Virus record (IMG/VR): IMGVR_UViG_3300025011_000030
Coordinates: 1 to 64,000 of that record
From: a virus
Reading direction: 5' to 3' (one strand)
Length of the DNA: 64,000 nucleotides
Positions 1 to 9,575 of the stretch are shown one piece after another. The notes under the pieces were generated by a model. The model saw nothing but the letters and a program-made list of their open reading frames with translations. It did no database searches and was not told the DNA's origin. The translations under genes and the position numbers were made by a program. Position 1 is the stretch's first letter, and each line of letters opens with the position of its first letter.

Positions 1-157
1 GAAATAGTTACTCCAGGGTGCAAAATTGACCGACTTCAGGAATTGTGGGATTTAGGTGGTACAGGCATACGTTACGGTAACAATGACCTTCCAGTTAAAA
101 CCCACAAAAGGCCCTTTAAAAAAAAAGCAATCCAAATACAAAGGAGGAGTATTAAAA

Positions 158-460
158 ATGAGAAAACTTATTACAATTGTAGGTGCTCCGAATGTAGACC
201 CGTCTATATTAGATATTGACGATAATATTTGTTTGGTGGCGGAGCCGGAAAACGCACATGATTTGGAAGCCGTTAAAGTCGTTTTTCACGGTAAGCATGT
301 GGGTTATGTAGCAAACAGTATTCAAACAGTTGTACGAGGTTCTTGTAGTGCCGGTAACATTGTTGACGAGTTAGCACAAAGTGACGGTGATTTTAGAGCT
401 GCGGTGATCCTTAAAATCACAGAGGGTTCTTGTAAACGGTTAATAGCTGCGCTTGAATAA
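158..460 (+). CDS. HIRAN-domain protein
   Basis: LVAEPENAHDLEAVKV...HVGYV matches the HIRAN pattern; AGGAGG RBS before ATG 158. Confidence 0.7.
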   Translation: MRKLITIVGAPNVDPSILDIDDNICLVAEPENAHDLEAVKVVFHGKHVGYVANSIQTVVRGSCSAGNIVDELAQSDGDFRAAVILKITEGSCKRLIAALE

Positions 461-488
461 ATCGAAGCTGTTTGGAGGGTTTTGAACT

Positions 489-1490
489 ATGCAGGTCTGG
501 GGAACTCCTGTCTTGGCGAGTGTAGAGGAAATTATATACGATTTACGTGCAGTACTTCAGCTTAACGGTATTGATTTACTAAAAGATATAGTACGGCGTA
601 ACGATACTGGGCTGATGGTTACTTGCATTGCACATAAAGACGGACAGGAGAATAAACCCAGCTGCGGCATAAGTTTGGTTGATGTAGAACGACCTGATAA
701 GACAATACCTGCCGGCACTGTACATTGTTTTACATGCGACTACAGTGCCGATTTAGCGAAATTTGTTTCAGACTGTTTTGGGTATAAAGACGGTGGTTTA
801 TACGGTTACAAGTGGATCACTCAAAACTATGTGAATTTAGCTATAGAGTACAGGGAACCTTTGTTACTGAACATGGATAGGAAAGTTAACTCAGTACAAG
901 AGGACGTTAACCCGTTAGTTACAGAGGATGAGCTAATGAAATATAGGTTTTTTCACCCGTATATGTATGAAAGGCGGTTGACGTACAAGGTTATTCAGTA
1001 TTTTGATATCGGTTATGACCGGGAAACTGACTGCATAACTTTCCCGGTGGCAGATAAAGACGGTCGGGTACTTTTCGTGCAGCGAAGAAGTGTTAGGTCA
1101 AAATTCTACAGTTTCCCTCCAGATGATCTATCTGGAAGAACTTTATTTGGTTTAGACAAAATTTATAAAAATTTGAGTTGGATAAAGGAAGTAATCGTAA
1201 CTGAAAGTATTATTGACGCTTTAACTTGTTGGGTGTTTAGAAGGCCAGCAGTAGCTCAGTTTAGGGCCTTACCCACTGACAATCAAATAAAGCTGTTAAA
1301 AGAGCTACCTGTGCGACAAATAGTCGAGGCTTTAGACAGCGATGAAGCTGGTAGAAAAGGTGCTAATAAACTACGTCGCGGGTTAGGTTCTAATAAGCTA
1401 TTGACCCGCTTAGTATTGCCGCCGGGAATTAAGGATTTGAACGAAGCTCCTGACGAGTTTATTCAAACGGCCCAACCCATGTTATTTTAA
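489..1490 (+). CDS. DNA primase (Zn finger + TOPRIM) with C-terminal QPMLF clamp-binding motif
   Basis: CIAH...HCFTC Zn finger; VTESIIDAL and LDSDEAG TOPRIM motifs; KDLNE. Confidence 0.9.
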   Translation: MQVWGTPVLASVEEIIYDLRAVLQLNGIDLLKDIVRRNDTGLMVTCIAHKDGQENKPSCGISLVDVERPDKTIPAGTVHCFTCDYSADLAKFVSDCFGYKDGGLYGYKWITQNYVNLAIEYREPLLLNMDRKVNSVQEDVNPLVTEDELMKYRFFHPYMYERRLTYKVIQYFDIGYDRETDCITFPVADKDGRVLFVQRRSVRSKFYSFPPDDLSGRTLFGLDKIYKNLSWIKEVIVTESIIDALTCWVFRRPAVAQFRALPTDNQIKLLKELPVRQIVEALDSDEAGRKGANKLRRGLGSNKLLTRLVLPPGIKDLNEAPDEFIQTAQPMLF

Positions 1491-1511
1491 CTTAACAGTA
1501 TATTATTTTAG

Positions 1512-1548
1512 TTGACTTTTGATGTCTGATATATTATCATATAATATG
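1512..1548 (+). promoter_or_regulatory. SigA-type promoter overlapped by a palindromic operator
   Basis: TTGACT-17-TATCAT; TATATTA-N5-TAATATG at 1530-1548. Confidence 0.65.
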
Positions 1549-1580
1549 TAGAAATTTAAAAATATATTGGAGGTTTCGAA

Positions 1581-2198
1581 ATGCTTCAAACTTATAAAAA
1601 CTTTGTTGAACTTAGTAAACTTTATCCCCTTCAACCTTTAAACCTTGTTGAACTTAAAAACGTAGCAGTTGAATTTCAACTGTCAAAAGACCCTGTATTA
1701 ATTGCTGTCTGCTTTGTAAAACAGTTTAAGTTAATTATTCAGTTAACTAATAAATATCCGTTATTGGACGAGTCCGATAAGGTATCAGTTGCCCTTGAGG
1801 AACTTGAATTAGCCTTAATTGATTTTGATATAAGCCGAGGCGTAAAATTTGAAACCTTTTTTTATACATATTTACGTCGCAGGTTATACGCAGAATGCGG
1901 TAGTGCTAAGTGTAAGTGCAGAAAACCGAAGGAAGCTAATGTCAACTATGATGATATTCAGCTTAATACAACCGAGCCGGGTTACGGTGAGCTTGAGCTT
2001 TTACAAATGATTAGGACAAGTCCCGAGCTAACTACATTAGAAATAAGTTATTGTGAAATTATTATTGAAGATCCTAGTAGCTTGCAACGTGGTTCCTCTA
2101 CAGACATTGCTAAAAGGTTGGGAGTGACTTCGGCTGCCATAACTTACCTCAAAAACAAATTATCGGTCAAACTACCGAGAATATTAATGACTTCCTAG
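1581..2198 (+). CDS. Phage sigma-70-family sigma factor
   Basis: Region 2-like DFDISRGVKFETFFYTYLRRRL; region 4 HTH TDIAKRLGVTSAAITYLK. Confidence 0.75.
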   Translation: MLQTYKNFVELSKLYPLQPLNLVELKNVAVEFQLSKDPVLIAVCFVKQFKLIIQLTNKYPLLDESDKVSVALEELELALIDFDISRGVKFETFFYTYLRRRLYAECGSAKCKCRKPKEANVNYDDIQLNTTEPGYGELELLQMIRTSPELTTLEISYCEIIIEDPSSLQRGSSTDIAKRLGVTSAAITYLKNKLSVKLPRILMTS

Positions 2199-2228
2199 TT
2201 AAAATGCACGACCTTTTATTTTATATAA
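2199..2228 (+). promoter_or_regulatory. Putative phage-sigma promoter (TTAAAA...TATATAA class)
   Basis: Same two-part motif and spacing recur at about 11 intergenic sites. Confidence 0.6.
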
Positions 2229-2260
2229 CAGTATAGACAAGCTAAAAGGAGGTTACGTTT

Positions 2261-2455
2261 GTGGGGAACTTACTGGTGGCTATTAAAAAATTAGCGGTTA
2301 CTTTTAAGAAGTTGGTTACCGTTTTAAAAGGCGATTGCCTTTTGGTGCAGAGGGAAGGTAACGGATTGATAGTATATTCCGGGAAATACTCTCAAGCCGA
2401 AGTGCAGTGCATAGCTACCAATTTATTTAAGCACGTTTACTCGTTATCGAGGTGA
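2261..2455 (+). CDS. Hypothetical protein
   Basis: AGGAGG RBS, GTG start. Confidence 0.6.
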   Translation: MGNLLVAIKKLAVTFKKLVTVLKGDCLLVQREGNGLIVYSGKYSQAEVQCIATNLFKHVYSLSR

Positions 2456-2522
2456 ACTGGGTCGTTATTGTTTATGACTTGTTCTAATATAAAACTTATA
2501 CGCTTTTAAAGGAGGAAACTTT

Positions 2523-3149
2523 GTGGCTAGAATTACAAGTGTTCAAGAAGCTCAGGAAAAGTTCAAAAGTAATGATTTTTTCGCTCTAAAAAATGACGGC
2601 GATTCTGCAGTAGTTAGGTTCTTGTACGAAACTGAGGACCAACTTGATTTATACTCTGTACATGAGGTCAAAATTGGAGGTAAAAAACGTTGGGTTGATT
2701 GTTTGGGTGACAGCTGCCCGTTATGCTTGTCAGGTTCCAAAGTTCAGCTTAAATTATTTCTACAGCTTGAGAGTTACTCAACTGACGGTAAAATGTCGGT
2801 ACTTACTTGGGAACGTGGGCAAAAGTTTTTACCTAGAATACAAAAAATATTGGCAGCTTACGGTACTTTATGTGACCGGAAATACGAGATTATACGTAAA
2901 GGTGAGCCCAATGACCCTGATACTGATTATAAGATCTATCCTTTAGCAAAAGACGGTAAACGTTTGGCAGAGTTATCCCAGAAGCAGGAGCTTTTAGGGC
3001 CCACAGGATTTGTGCTTGAAAAATCGGTAACTGAAATACAAGCTATTATGGACGGTACTTACAGGCTGCCGGCAGCTACAAACGATCGATCAACTGTTGA
3101 GACACCTCCAAGACAGCAAGCACCTCGTGACGACGAAGAGGTATTTTAA
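2523..3149 (+). CDS. Single-stranded DNA-binding protein (gp32-like)
   Basis: FFALKNDGDSAVVRF, His/Cys Zn ligands (CLGDSCPLC), acidic C-terminal tail DDEEVF. Confidence 0.75.
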   Translation: MARITSVQEAQEKFKSNDFFALKNDGDSAVVRFLYETEDQLDLYSVHEVKIGGKKRWVDCLGDSCPLCLSGSKVQLKLFLQLESYSTDGKMSVLTWERGQKFLPRIQKILAAYGTLCDRKYEIIRKGEPNDPDTDYKIYPLAKDGKRLAELSQKQELLGPTGFVLEKSVTEIQAIMDGTYRLPAATNDRSTVETPPRQQAPRDDEEVF

Positions 3150-3310
3150 ATTAGTTTAATATAGCCAGCACGGTGCAACTGGGCAGAGGTGCAGGGTGAG
3201 TCTCATAAGTGAGCGCCTGTGACACAACGGCTATATTATATACAGTAGGTCGCACTCATTTAGTTAGTTAGTGAGGCGACCTATTAATTTATAGTGAAAG
3301 AAGGGATACA

Positions 3311-5602
3311 GTGGCAGAACAAAAAGGTCTTTTTGCGAATTTACCGCAATTCAATAACGACATTCGTGAAAAGAATAAGGTATTAGTCGGAAAAAGTGGT
3401 AAGCCGGCTTCTTCTAAGACTCGTTCAGTGATTGCCGGAGCAGGTAAGAATAAACTTGCCGAGCGCATATCAATTCTACGACAAAATGTGAAGGATATTT
3501 TAGTTGAAGAAGGTAAATACCAATTAATTACTACAGAGGTTGAGTATTGTAACTACATGCAACAGGCTCGGGCTAATGGGTTGCTGGTGATTGATACTGA
3601 AGGAACAAGCTTAGAACCTTTGGACGATGTTTTTGTCGGACTTTGTATCGTCACTCCCGGTTTAAAACCTGCTTACGTGCCGGTACGTCATACAGATCTT
3701 AGAGGAGTTAGGTTACCTAATCAGCTCAGTGAAGAAATAGTTGGCCGGGAATTAACTTTATGTGCTGAGGCTGATACAAAGTTAGTTTTCCATTATGCTA
3801 AGTATGATATTAGAGTGATACGAAAGAGCTTGGGCGTTTACCTAGAACCGTATTGGGATACACAGATCGCTGCTTGTTTACTCAACGAAAATGAGCCTCA
3901 CGAATTAAAAAAACTGTGGTCAAAATACATAGCTAAGAATACCGATAAAAAGGATGTTCCTTTAACATTTGAAAAGCTGTTTTCCGGTATTCCGTTTAAC
4001 TATGTACCTGTTGACATTGGTTATCTGTACGCAGCCAAAGATCCGGAAATGACTTATGACTTATATGAGTATCAACGTGAATTTTTGATTGGTAGTAAGG
4101 CCGAAGCTAAAGGGTTAACTGAAGTCGGTAAAGTTATGATGAATATTGAAATGCCTCTTGTTACTGTATTGTGCGATATGGAAGATACTGGAGTTTGTAT
4201 TGATAACGACTTTGCTTCTAAATTGTCTAAAGAGTATACTGAAAAGTTACAAGTTGTAGAGAAAAAGATACTGGTAGCCTTGAAAGGATTGAATTATCAG
4301 TCGTTACCTAACGAACTTCGTGCTAAGCTGTCTAACCCAATTAATGTAGGCAGTCCAACACAGTTAGCTATTATTTTCTATGACCTTATGGGCCTTAAAA
4401 GTCCGAACAAAAAGAAGCCTCGTAATACAGATAAAGAGGCTCTTAAACACTTCAAGCAGCAAGACGGTGATTTGTTTGACTTGTTACTTGAGTATAGAAC
4501 CGTTTCTAAGTTACTTAGTACCTATATTGATAAGATGCCGAAGGTAGTTAGGACGGATACAAGTCGGCTACACGGTAACTTTAACCAGTACGGTGCTAAG
4601 ACAGGTAGGTTATCGAGCTCAGCGCCGAACTTGCAAAATATTCCATCAAAAAATAAAGAGATTCGTAAAATGTTTGTTCCCGCACCGGGTAACGTTTATG
4701 TGGGCGGTGACTTTTCGCAGGTAGAGCCTCGGTGCTTAGCAGAAGCTTCAGGCGATAAGGCTATGCAACAGGCGTATCGTGACGGGCTAGACATTTATGC
4801 TTGGATGGCGAGCGAGACTTACGGCGTGCCTTATGATCATTGCAAAGAAAATTGGCCTGACGGTACACCTCATCCCGAAGGTAAGAAGCGCCGCGATAGT
4901 TTAAAGAGTGTGTTATTAGGTATCATGTATGATCGTCAGGTTCCTAGTATTGCAATAGTTTTAGGTATTTCGACAGCCGATGCGCAACGTATTTTTGACA
5001 TGTTTTTTGAACGTTTTCCTGACATTAAACGTTTCGTAGAAGATATGAAGGAAATGGGTCATACCAAAGGATTCGTTCAAACGCTATACGGTAGAAAACG
5101 TCGGTTAACGGATCTTCAGCTACCTAAGTACGAAATCACAATGTTAAACGGTGATCCTGTAGACGACACTTCTTACCAGTATTATTACAGGGCACTAGAT
5201 AACAGTCGTTTCAATGAACGTGCCGGTATCGTGCGCGAGGCTAGAGCTCAGGGAGTTAAAATCCGAGATAACGGAGGATTTATTGCCAAGGCAGAACGTC
5301 AAGTAGTCAACAGTATCATCCAAGGAACAAGTGCCGACATAACTAAGAAGGCTATGGTCGCTATAAACCGGGATAAGAAACTTCGTGAACTTGGTGCTCG
5401 AATGTTATTAACAGTTCACGACGAAATAATTTTAGAATGCCCAATCAGCACGGCCCAACAGTGCGCATCTATTATGGAAAAACACATGTTGGCTGCTGCA
5501 GATAGAATCAACTTACCTATGTCAGTAGACGCCGAAATAAAAGACAAGTGGTATGGAAAAACAGTTGAATTTGAAACCGAGGATGAAGACGACGTTGCAT
5601 AA
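3311..5602 (+). CDS. polA: Family A DNA polymerase with 3'-5' exonuclease, no 5'-3' exonuclease, N-terminal QKGLF motif
   Basis: Exo motifs IDTE, HYAKYD, YAAKD; TGRLSSSAPNLQNIP; motif A DFSQVEPR; motif C TVHDE. Confidence 0.97.
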   Translation: MAEQKGLFANLPQFNNDIREKNKVLVGKSGKPASSKTRSVIAGAGKNKLAERISILRQNVKDILVEEGKYQLITTEVEYCNYMQQARANGLLVIDTEGTSLEPLDDVFVGLCIVTPGLKPAYVPVRHTDLRGVRLPNQLSEEIVGRELTLCAEADTKLVFHYAKYDIRVIRKSLGVYLEPYWDTQIAACLLNENEPHELKKLWSKYIAKNTDKKDVPLTFEKLFSGIPFNYVPVDIGYLYAAKDPEMTYDLYEYQREFLIGSKAEAKGLTEVGKVMMNIEMPLVTVLCDMEDTGVCIDNDFASKLSKEYTEKLQVVEKKILVALKGLNYQSLPNELRAKLSNPINVGSPTQLAIIFYDLMGLKSPNKKKPRNTDKEALKHFKQQDGDLFDLLLEYRTVSKLLSTYIDKMPKVVRTDTSRLHGNFNQYGAKTGRLSSSAPNLQNIPSKNKEIRKMFVPAPGNVYVGGDFSQVEPRCLAEASGDKAMQQAYRDGLDIYAWMASETYGVPYDHCKENWPDGTPHPEGKKRRDSLKSVLLGIMYDRQVPSIAIVLGISTADAQRIFDMFFERFPDIKRFVEDMKEMGHTKGFVQTLYGRKRRLTDLQLPKYEITMLNGDPVDDTSYQYYYRALDNSRFNERAGIVREARAQGVKIRDNGGFIAKAERQVVNSIIQGTSADITKKAMVAINRDKKLRELGARMLLTVHDEIILECPISTAQQCASIMEKHMLAAADRINLPMSVDAEIKDKWYGKTVEFETEDEDDVA

Positions 5603-5619
5603 CATTTTGTTCATTTTAC

Positions 5620-5659
5620 AGCCTGTTAGCTTAAAAAGCTTGCAGGCTTTTTTATATAA
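5620..5659 (+). terminator. Intrinsic terminator fused with a putative phage-sigma promoter (copy 1 of a 40-nt repeat)
   Basis: AGCCTGTTAGC-TTAAAAA-GCTTGCAGGCT, then T-run and ATATAA. Confidence 0.7.
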
Positions 5660-5673
5660 TAGGTTGAAGGAGG

Positions 5674-6132
5674 TTGATGTATTTAATGACTGAAATTAAA
5701 CAAACTGGGCTCTTTACAGTTGAAGCTGGATTTGAATTTGATTCTGCTCACTTTTTACTCGACCATGCCGGAAAATGCCGGAACATTCACGGTCACAGGT
5801 GGAAAATCATTGTGGCTATTACATCAAACAAAGTTCAAACATCTGGTCCCGAGAATGGAATGGTGATCGACTTTAAACGGTTAAAGGGAGTTTTCAACGT
5901 ACTGATAGAAGAGCTCGATCATGTACTGATTATTCGAAAAGGTTCCATTTCTAACGAGTTATACAGAATGCTAGTCAGTCACGGGTTTATAATTCGTAAG
6001 TTTGATTTTAGCCCTACAGCTGAAAACATGGCTCAGTACATATTTACTTATATGCAGGCTGCAGGTTATGCGATTGCTCGAGTAGATGTTTACGAAACTC
6101 CTAATAATAAAGCTAGTTATAGTGAAAGGTAG
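5674..6132 (+). CDS. queD: 6-carboxy-5,6,7,8-tetrahydropterin synthase
   Basis: FDSAH, CRNIHGHRW, GMVIDF, LDH, PTAENMA, ETP. Confidence 0.96.
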   Translation: MMYLMTEIKQTGLFTVEAGFEFDSAHFLLDHAGKCRNIHGHRWKIIVAITSNKVQTSGPENGMVIDFKRLKGVFNVLIEELDHVLIIRKGSISNELYRMLVSHGFIIRKFDFSPTAENMAQYIFTYMQAAGYAIARVDVYETPNNKASYSER

Positions 6133-6143
6133 GTTGAGCCGAA

Positions 6144-6809
6144 ATGTATGTGAGCGAGAAATTTGTAAGTATTGAAGGTGAAGGTATTAACCAGGGATAT
6201 CCGAGTTTATTCGTTCGTTTCGCTGGGTGCAACTTAAACTGTAGTTTCTGCGATACCTCGTATGCACAAAGTAAGAACGGTGCAGAAGAACTTTCGCCTG
6301 AAAATGTCTTAGAGTGGGCGCTAGAGGCGAGGCTTAAAACAGGTATAAGTCGTATTACACTGACCGGCGGCGAGCCGTTACATCAGAGCTATATTGATAA
6401 ACTTATGTCGTCGTTACTGTTTTACGGGTTTGACATAAATTTAGAAACAAACGGAAGTTACAAATTAACTGAATACCGTACTATCATCCAAAACCCAATG
6501 GTTACGGTAGTGATGGATTATAAACTACCTTCCAGTGGTGAGGAAAACCGTATGGTCAAAACAAACTTGCGAATGCTTGCAGAAAAGGATGTTCTTAAAT
6601 TCGTTTGTCAAACTGAATGCGACTTGTTGGTAGCTAAGAGGATACTGAATATGTATCAGCCGGAAAGTCACGTATATTTCAGTCCTGTGTACGGTAAATT
6701 AGACCCTAAACTGATAGTCGAGTTTCTTTTGGAAAATAAGTTGCATTATTGCCGAGTACAGCTTCAGCTCCATAAACAGATTTGGGGTGCAGATAAGAGG
6801 TGTGTTTAA
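6144..6809 (+). CDS. queE: 7-carboxy-7-deazaguanine synthase (radical SAM)
   Basis: SIEGEG, RFAGCNLNCSFCDT, TGGEP, ETNGS, QLQLHK. Confidence 0.96.
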   Translation: MYVSEKFVSIEGEGINQGYPSLFVRFAGCNLNCSFCDTSYAQSKNGAEELSPENVLEWALEARLKTGISRITLTGGEPLHQSYIDKLMSSLLFYGFDINLETNGSYKLTEYRTIIQNPMVTVVMDYKLPSSGEENRMVKTNLRMLAEKDVLKFVCQTECDLLVAKRILNMYQPESHVYFSPVYGKLDPKLIVEFLLENKLHYCRVQLQLHKQIWGADKRCV

Positions 6810-7409
6810 ATGGCTACAGTGCATGAACTGAAGCAAGCTGAAATAGCTGCGCACATACGAAAGATCTTAGTACTTTTAGGAGAAGATCCCGAACGCGAAG
6901 GTTTAAAGGAAACTCCGGTCAGGGTGGCTAAAATGTTTGACGAAGTTTTTGTAGGGATTCGGTACGATAACGAACAAATTGCTTGCATGTTTAATAAAAC
7001 TTTTGACGATAACTTGGATGTTGCAGGTAACTACAACGACATGGTATTGGTAAAGGACATTTCGTTCTTCAGCTTCTGCGAGCATCATATGGCCCTTATG
7101 TATAACATGAAAGCTCATGTGGCTTATATACCTAACGGCAAAGTCATTGGGCTGAGTAAAATAGCTCGTATCGTAGATATGGTGGGCCGTCGGTTACAGA
7201 TCCAAGAACGTATTGGTACTGACATAGTCGTCATAATGGCCGCTATAACGGATTCACCTGATGTAGCTGTCATTATTGAGGGTGAGCATTCTTGCATGAC
7301 TACTCGCGGTATTAAAAAGCCGGGTACAGTCACTAGAACCAGTACCCTGCGAGGCCGGTTTATGGAGAACTCCGACCTGCGTAACGAACTTTTGTTACTA
7401 TTAAAATAA
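6810..7409 (+). CDS. folE: GTP cyclohydrolase I
   Basis: [36 protein letters not shown]. Confidence 0.97.
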   Translation: MATVHELKQAEIAAHIRKILVLLGEDPEREGLKETPVRVAKMFDEVFVGIRYDNEQIACMFNKTFDDNLDVAGNYNDMVLVKDISFFSFCEHHMALMYNMKAHVAYIPNGKVIGLSKIARIVDMVGRRLQIQERIGTDIVVIMAAITDSPDVAVIIEGEHSCMTTRGIKKPGTVTRTSTLRGRFMENSDLRNELLLLLK

Positions 7410-7423
7410 GGAGGTAACTGATC

Positions 7424-8077
7424 TTGAATCGTAAAGGTGCGGTATGTGTTTTGTCTGGAGGTCAAGATAGTTCTACTTGTTTGTTTTGGGCTATGAAACA
7501 ATTTAAAGAAGTTCATGCAATAACTTTTGACTATGGCCAACGACATTCTTCCGAAATTGATGCAGCCATTAAGCTTGCTAAGTTAGCGAATGTGGCTAGT
7601 CACGAGGTTATTGAAATTCCTGTACTTAATAACTTAACTGTTAATGCACTAACTCGGGATATTCCAATTGATCCCGGGAAAGACGGCGAGTTACCTAATA
7701 CGTTCGTAGACGGGAGAAACCTCTTGTTTCTAACGTTTGCAGCGATACATGCTAAACAGTTAAACTGTCCTAATGTTGTAATTGGTGTATGCATGACTGA
7801 TTTCAGCGGTTATTCGGATTGTAGAAATGTATTTGTTCAAAGTGCAAACGTCACATTAAACCTTGCTATGGGTTATGATTTCGTTATTCATACTCCATTG
7901 ATGTGGTTAAATAAGGAAGAAACTTGGGAGTTAGCCGATCAGTTAGATGTTTTAGATACAATCCTTAATAATACAGTCACGTGCTATAACGGTATACCGG
8001 GTAAAGGCTGCGGCGAATGCCCTGCTTGCTTGTTAAGATCTAGAGGGTTAGTTTCGTATTTACAAAATAAAAAATAA
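7424..8077 (+). CDS. queC: 7-cyano-7-deazaguanine (preQ0) synthase
   Basis: SGGQDS, DYGQRH, TFVDGRN, YSDCR, TCY...CGECPAC. Confidence 0.97.
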   Translation: MNRKGAVCVLSGGQDSSTCLFWAMKQFKEVHAITFDYGQRHSSEIDAAIKLAKLANVASHEVIEIPVLNNLTVNALTRDIPIDPGKDGELPNTFVDGRNLLFLTFAAIHAKQLNCPNVVIGVCMTDFSGYSDCRNVFVQSANVTLNLAMGYDFVIHTPLMWLNKEETWELADQLDVLDTILNNTVTCYNGIPGKGCGECPACLLRSRGLVSYLQNKK

Positions 8078-8100
8078 CTACGTATCCAGTTAATTCCGTA

Positions 8101-8129
8101 TTGACATAGTATCCTGTTATTAGTATACT
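8101..8129 (+). promoter_or_regulatory. SigA-type promoter of the endonuclease gene
   Basis: TTGACA-17-TATACT. Confidence 0.75.
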
Positions 8130-8149
8130 TGTACTAAAGGAGGGATACT

Positions 8150-8905
8150 ATGCCCGCAGTTGTTTATAAAATTAAAAACATTGTTAACGGAAGGTGCTAT
8201 GTAGGTAGTAGTGAGCATATAGCTAAACGGATATCAACCCATAAGTATTATTTAAGACACGGTATTCACGATAATGTAATTCTTCAGTGTGATTGGGATA
8301 AGTATGGCGAAGATAATTTTAAATTTTCACATGTTAAACAAGTTTTTGACATGACGCTATTGTTAACTCGCGAACAGTATTGGATGAACGAGCTTAAAGC
8401 TGTTGAGTTGGGTTATAACTTATCGCCTACTGCCGGTAACCAGTTGGGTTTTCGACATAGCGAAGAAACTAAACAAGTTATTTCTCAAAAATCTAAAGAA
8501 CGTGCACTAACTTTATTCACTGCAGAGGTTAGGGATAAAATACGTCAGTCTAAATTAGGTCACGAAGTTTCATTGGAAACCAGGCAGAAAATACGTGAAA
8601 AGTTACTCGGTAAAAGTTACATTACAGAGGAAGGTCGTCAACGTATATCAGAGAGTCACCGAGGTAAACAACGTGCGCTAGGGTATAAACATACTACTGA
8701 GGCGAAGCAGCGAATTGGTAGTCATTTTCAAGGTTCTAAGAATAGCCGTGCAAAGCTTACTGAAGCTGACGTTATAGAAATTAAAAAATGTTTGAAAAAT
8801 TATCGTCACGGTATGCTGAGTGAACTTGCTCGAAAATACGGAACAAGTACGCACAACATAGCACACATTCGCGACGGGAAGTCTTGGAAACAAATACAAG
8901 TATAG
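8150..8905 (+). CDS. GIY-YIG homing endonuclease with NUMOD3-like repeats and C-terminal HTH
   Basis: VYKIKN...CYVGSS...R; GYN; four H(S/T)EE(T/A)K..IS-type repeats. Confidence 0.88.
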   Translation: MPAVVYKIKNIVNGRCYVGSSEHIAKRISTHKYYLRHGIHDNVILQCDWDKYGEDNFKFSHVKQVFDMTLLLTREQYWMNELKAVELGYNLSPTAGNQLGFRHSEETKQVISQKSKERALTLFTAEVRDKIRQSKLGHEVSLETRQKIREKLLGKSYITEEGRQRISESHRGKQRALGYKHTTEAKQRIGSHFQGSKNSRAKLTEADVIEIKKCLKNYRHGMLSELARKYGTSTHNIAHIRDGKSWKQIQV

Positions 8906-8921
8906 GAGGCGAAGTACCCTC

Positions 8922-9575
8922 ATGTGTAGTACGCACGTAACGCCGAGGCCGCCTGAATCTAGCTTTTCTTTACCTAACAACAGTACATGGAAAGAGCATC
9001 TAGCACCTAACTACGGTATCCAGCTTATTGAGGTTGTTGAAGACATACCTGACCAGTTAAAAGGTGACAACGTACTTTGGAGTTCGCGATGTTCACGTAC
9101 AAAGACTGGGTTAGACCAGGCGCTACCGAAAGACTTTTATGTCAGTGCAATTAACTTGAAATTTTACGAAATGATGCACCGGAATAATTTAAGGTATGGT
9201 ATCTTATCCGATAAGTACGGCATTCACATGGACGACGAGTTCTTGGACTACTATGATATACATCCAAGTGAACTCACAGGCGAACGTAAAAGGGAATTAG
9301 GGCTGATGATTGGCGAAAAGGTTCGTAATTACGGTTATGAAGAACTTATATTTTACAATACCAGCCCGCTGCAATCCCGGCCCTATTTTGAAATGTTGTG
9401 GTGGTCAGAGTTAAAGGTACATTTTATTTCGTTGATTTCGTTAGTAGAAGAGAAATACAAACTCGGTTCCGGTACTGTAAAAAAAACATTTATGTTTCCG
9501 TTATTTAACATACATGGAGCTACTACAGGTAGGATAAAAGGAGGCGAACAAAGTGCAAGACCCAGAAGTGAGTGA
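8922..9575 (+). CDS. DUF6884-like protein
   Basis: CSRTK...DFYVS...YGILSDKYG...YYD resembles the C..K/LY.S/ILSAKYG/YD pattern. Confidence 0.45.
   Translation: MCSTHVTPRPPESSFSLPNNSTWKEHLAPNYGIQLIEVVEDIPDQLKGDNVLWSSRCSRTKTGLDQALPKDFYVSAINLKFYEMMHRNNLRYGILSDKYGIHMDDEFLDYYDIHPSELTGERKRELGLMIGEKVRNYGYEELIFYNTSPLQSRPYFEMLWWSELKVHFISLISLVEEKYKLGSGTVKKTFMFPLFNIHGATTGRIKGGEQSARPRSE

Noticed and set aside
56-157. ORF-track N-terminal extension of the HIRAN gene
   Set aside because: The AGGAGG RBS points to ATG 158; the upstream bases probably belong to a gene entering from outside the window.
5603-5673. preQ1 riboswitch upstream of queD
   Set aside because: No preQ1 aptamer pattern recognised; the space is filled by the terminator/promoter repeat.
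8078-8921. Group I intron around the GIY-YIG gene
   Set aside because: queC is complete upstream, the flanks are too short for an intron core, and the ORF has its own promoter and RBS.
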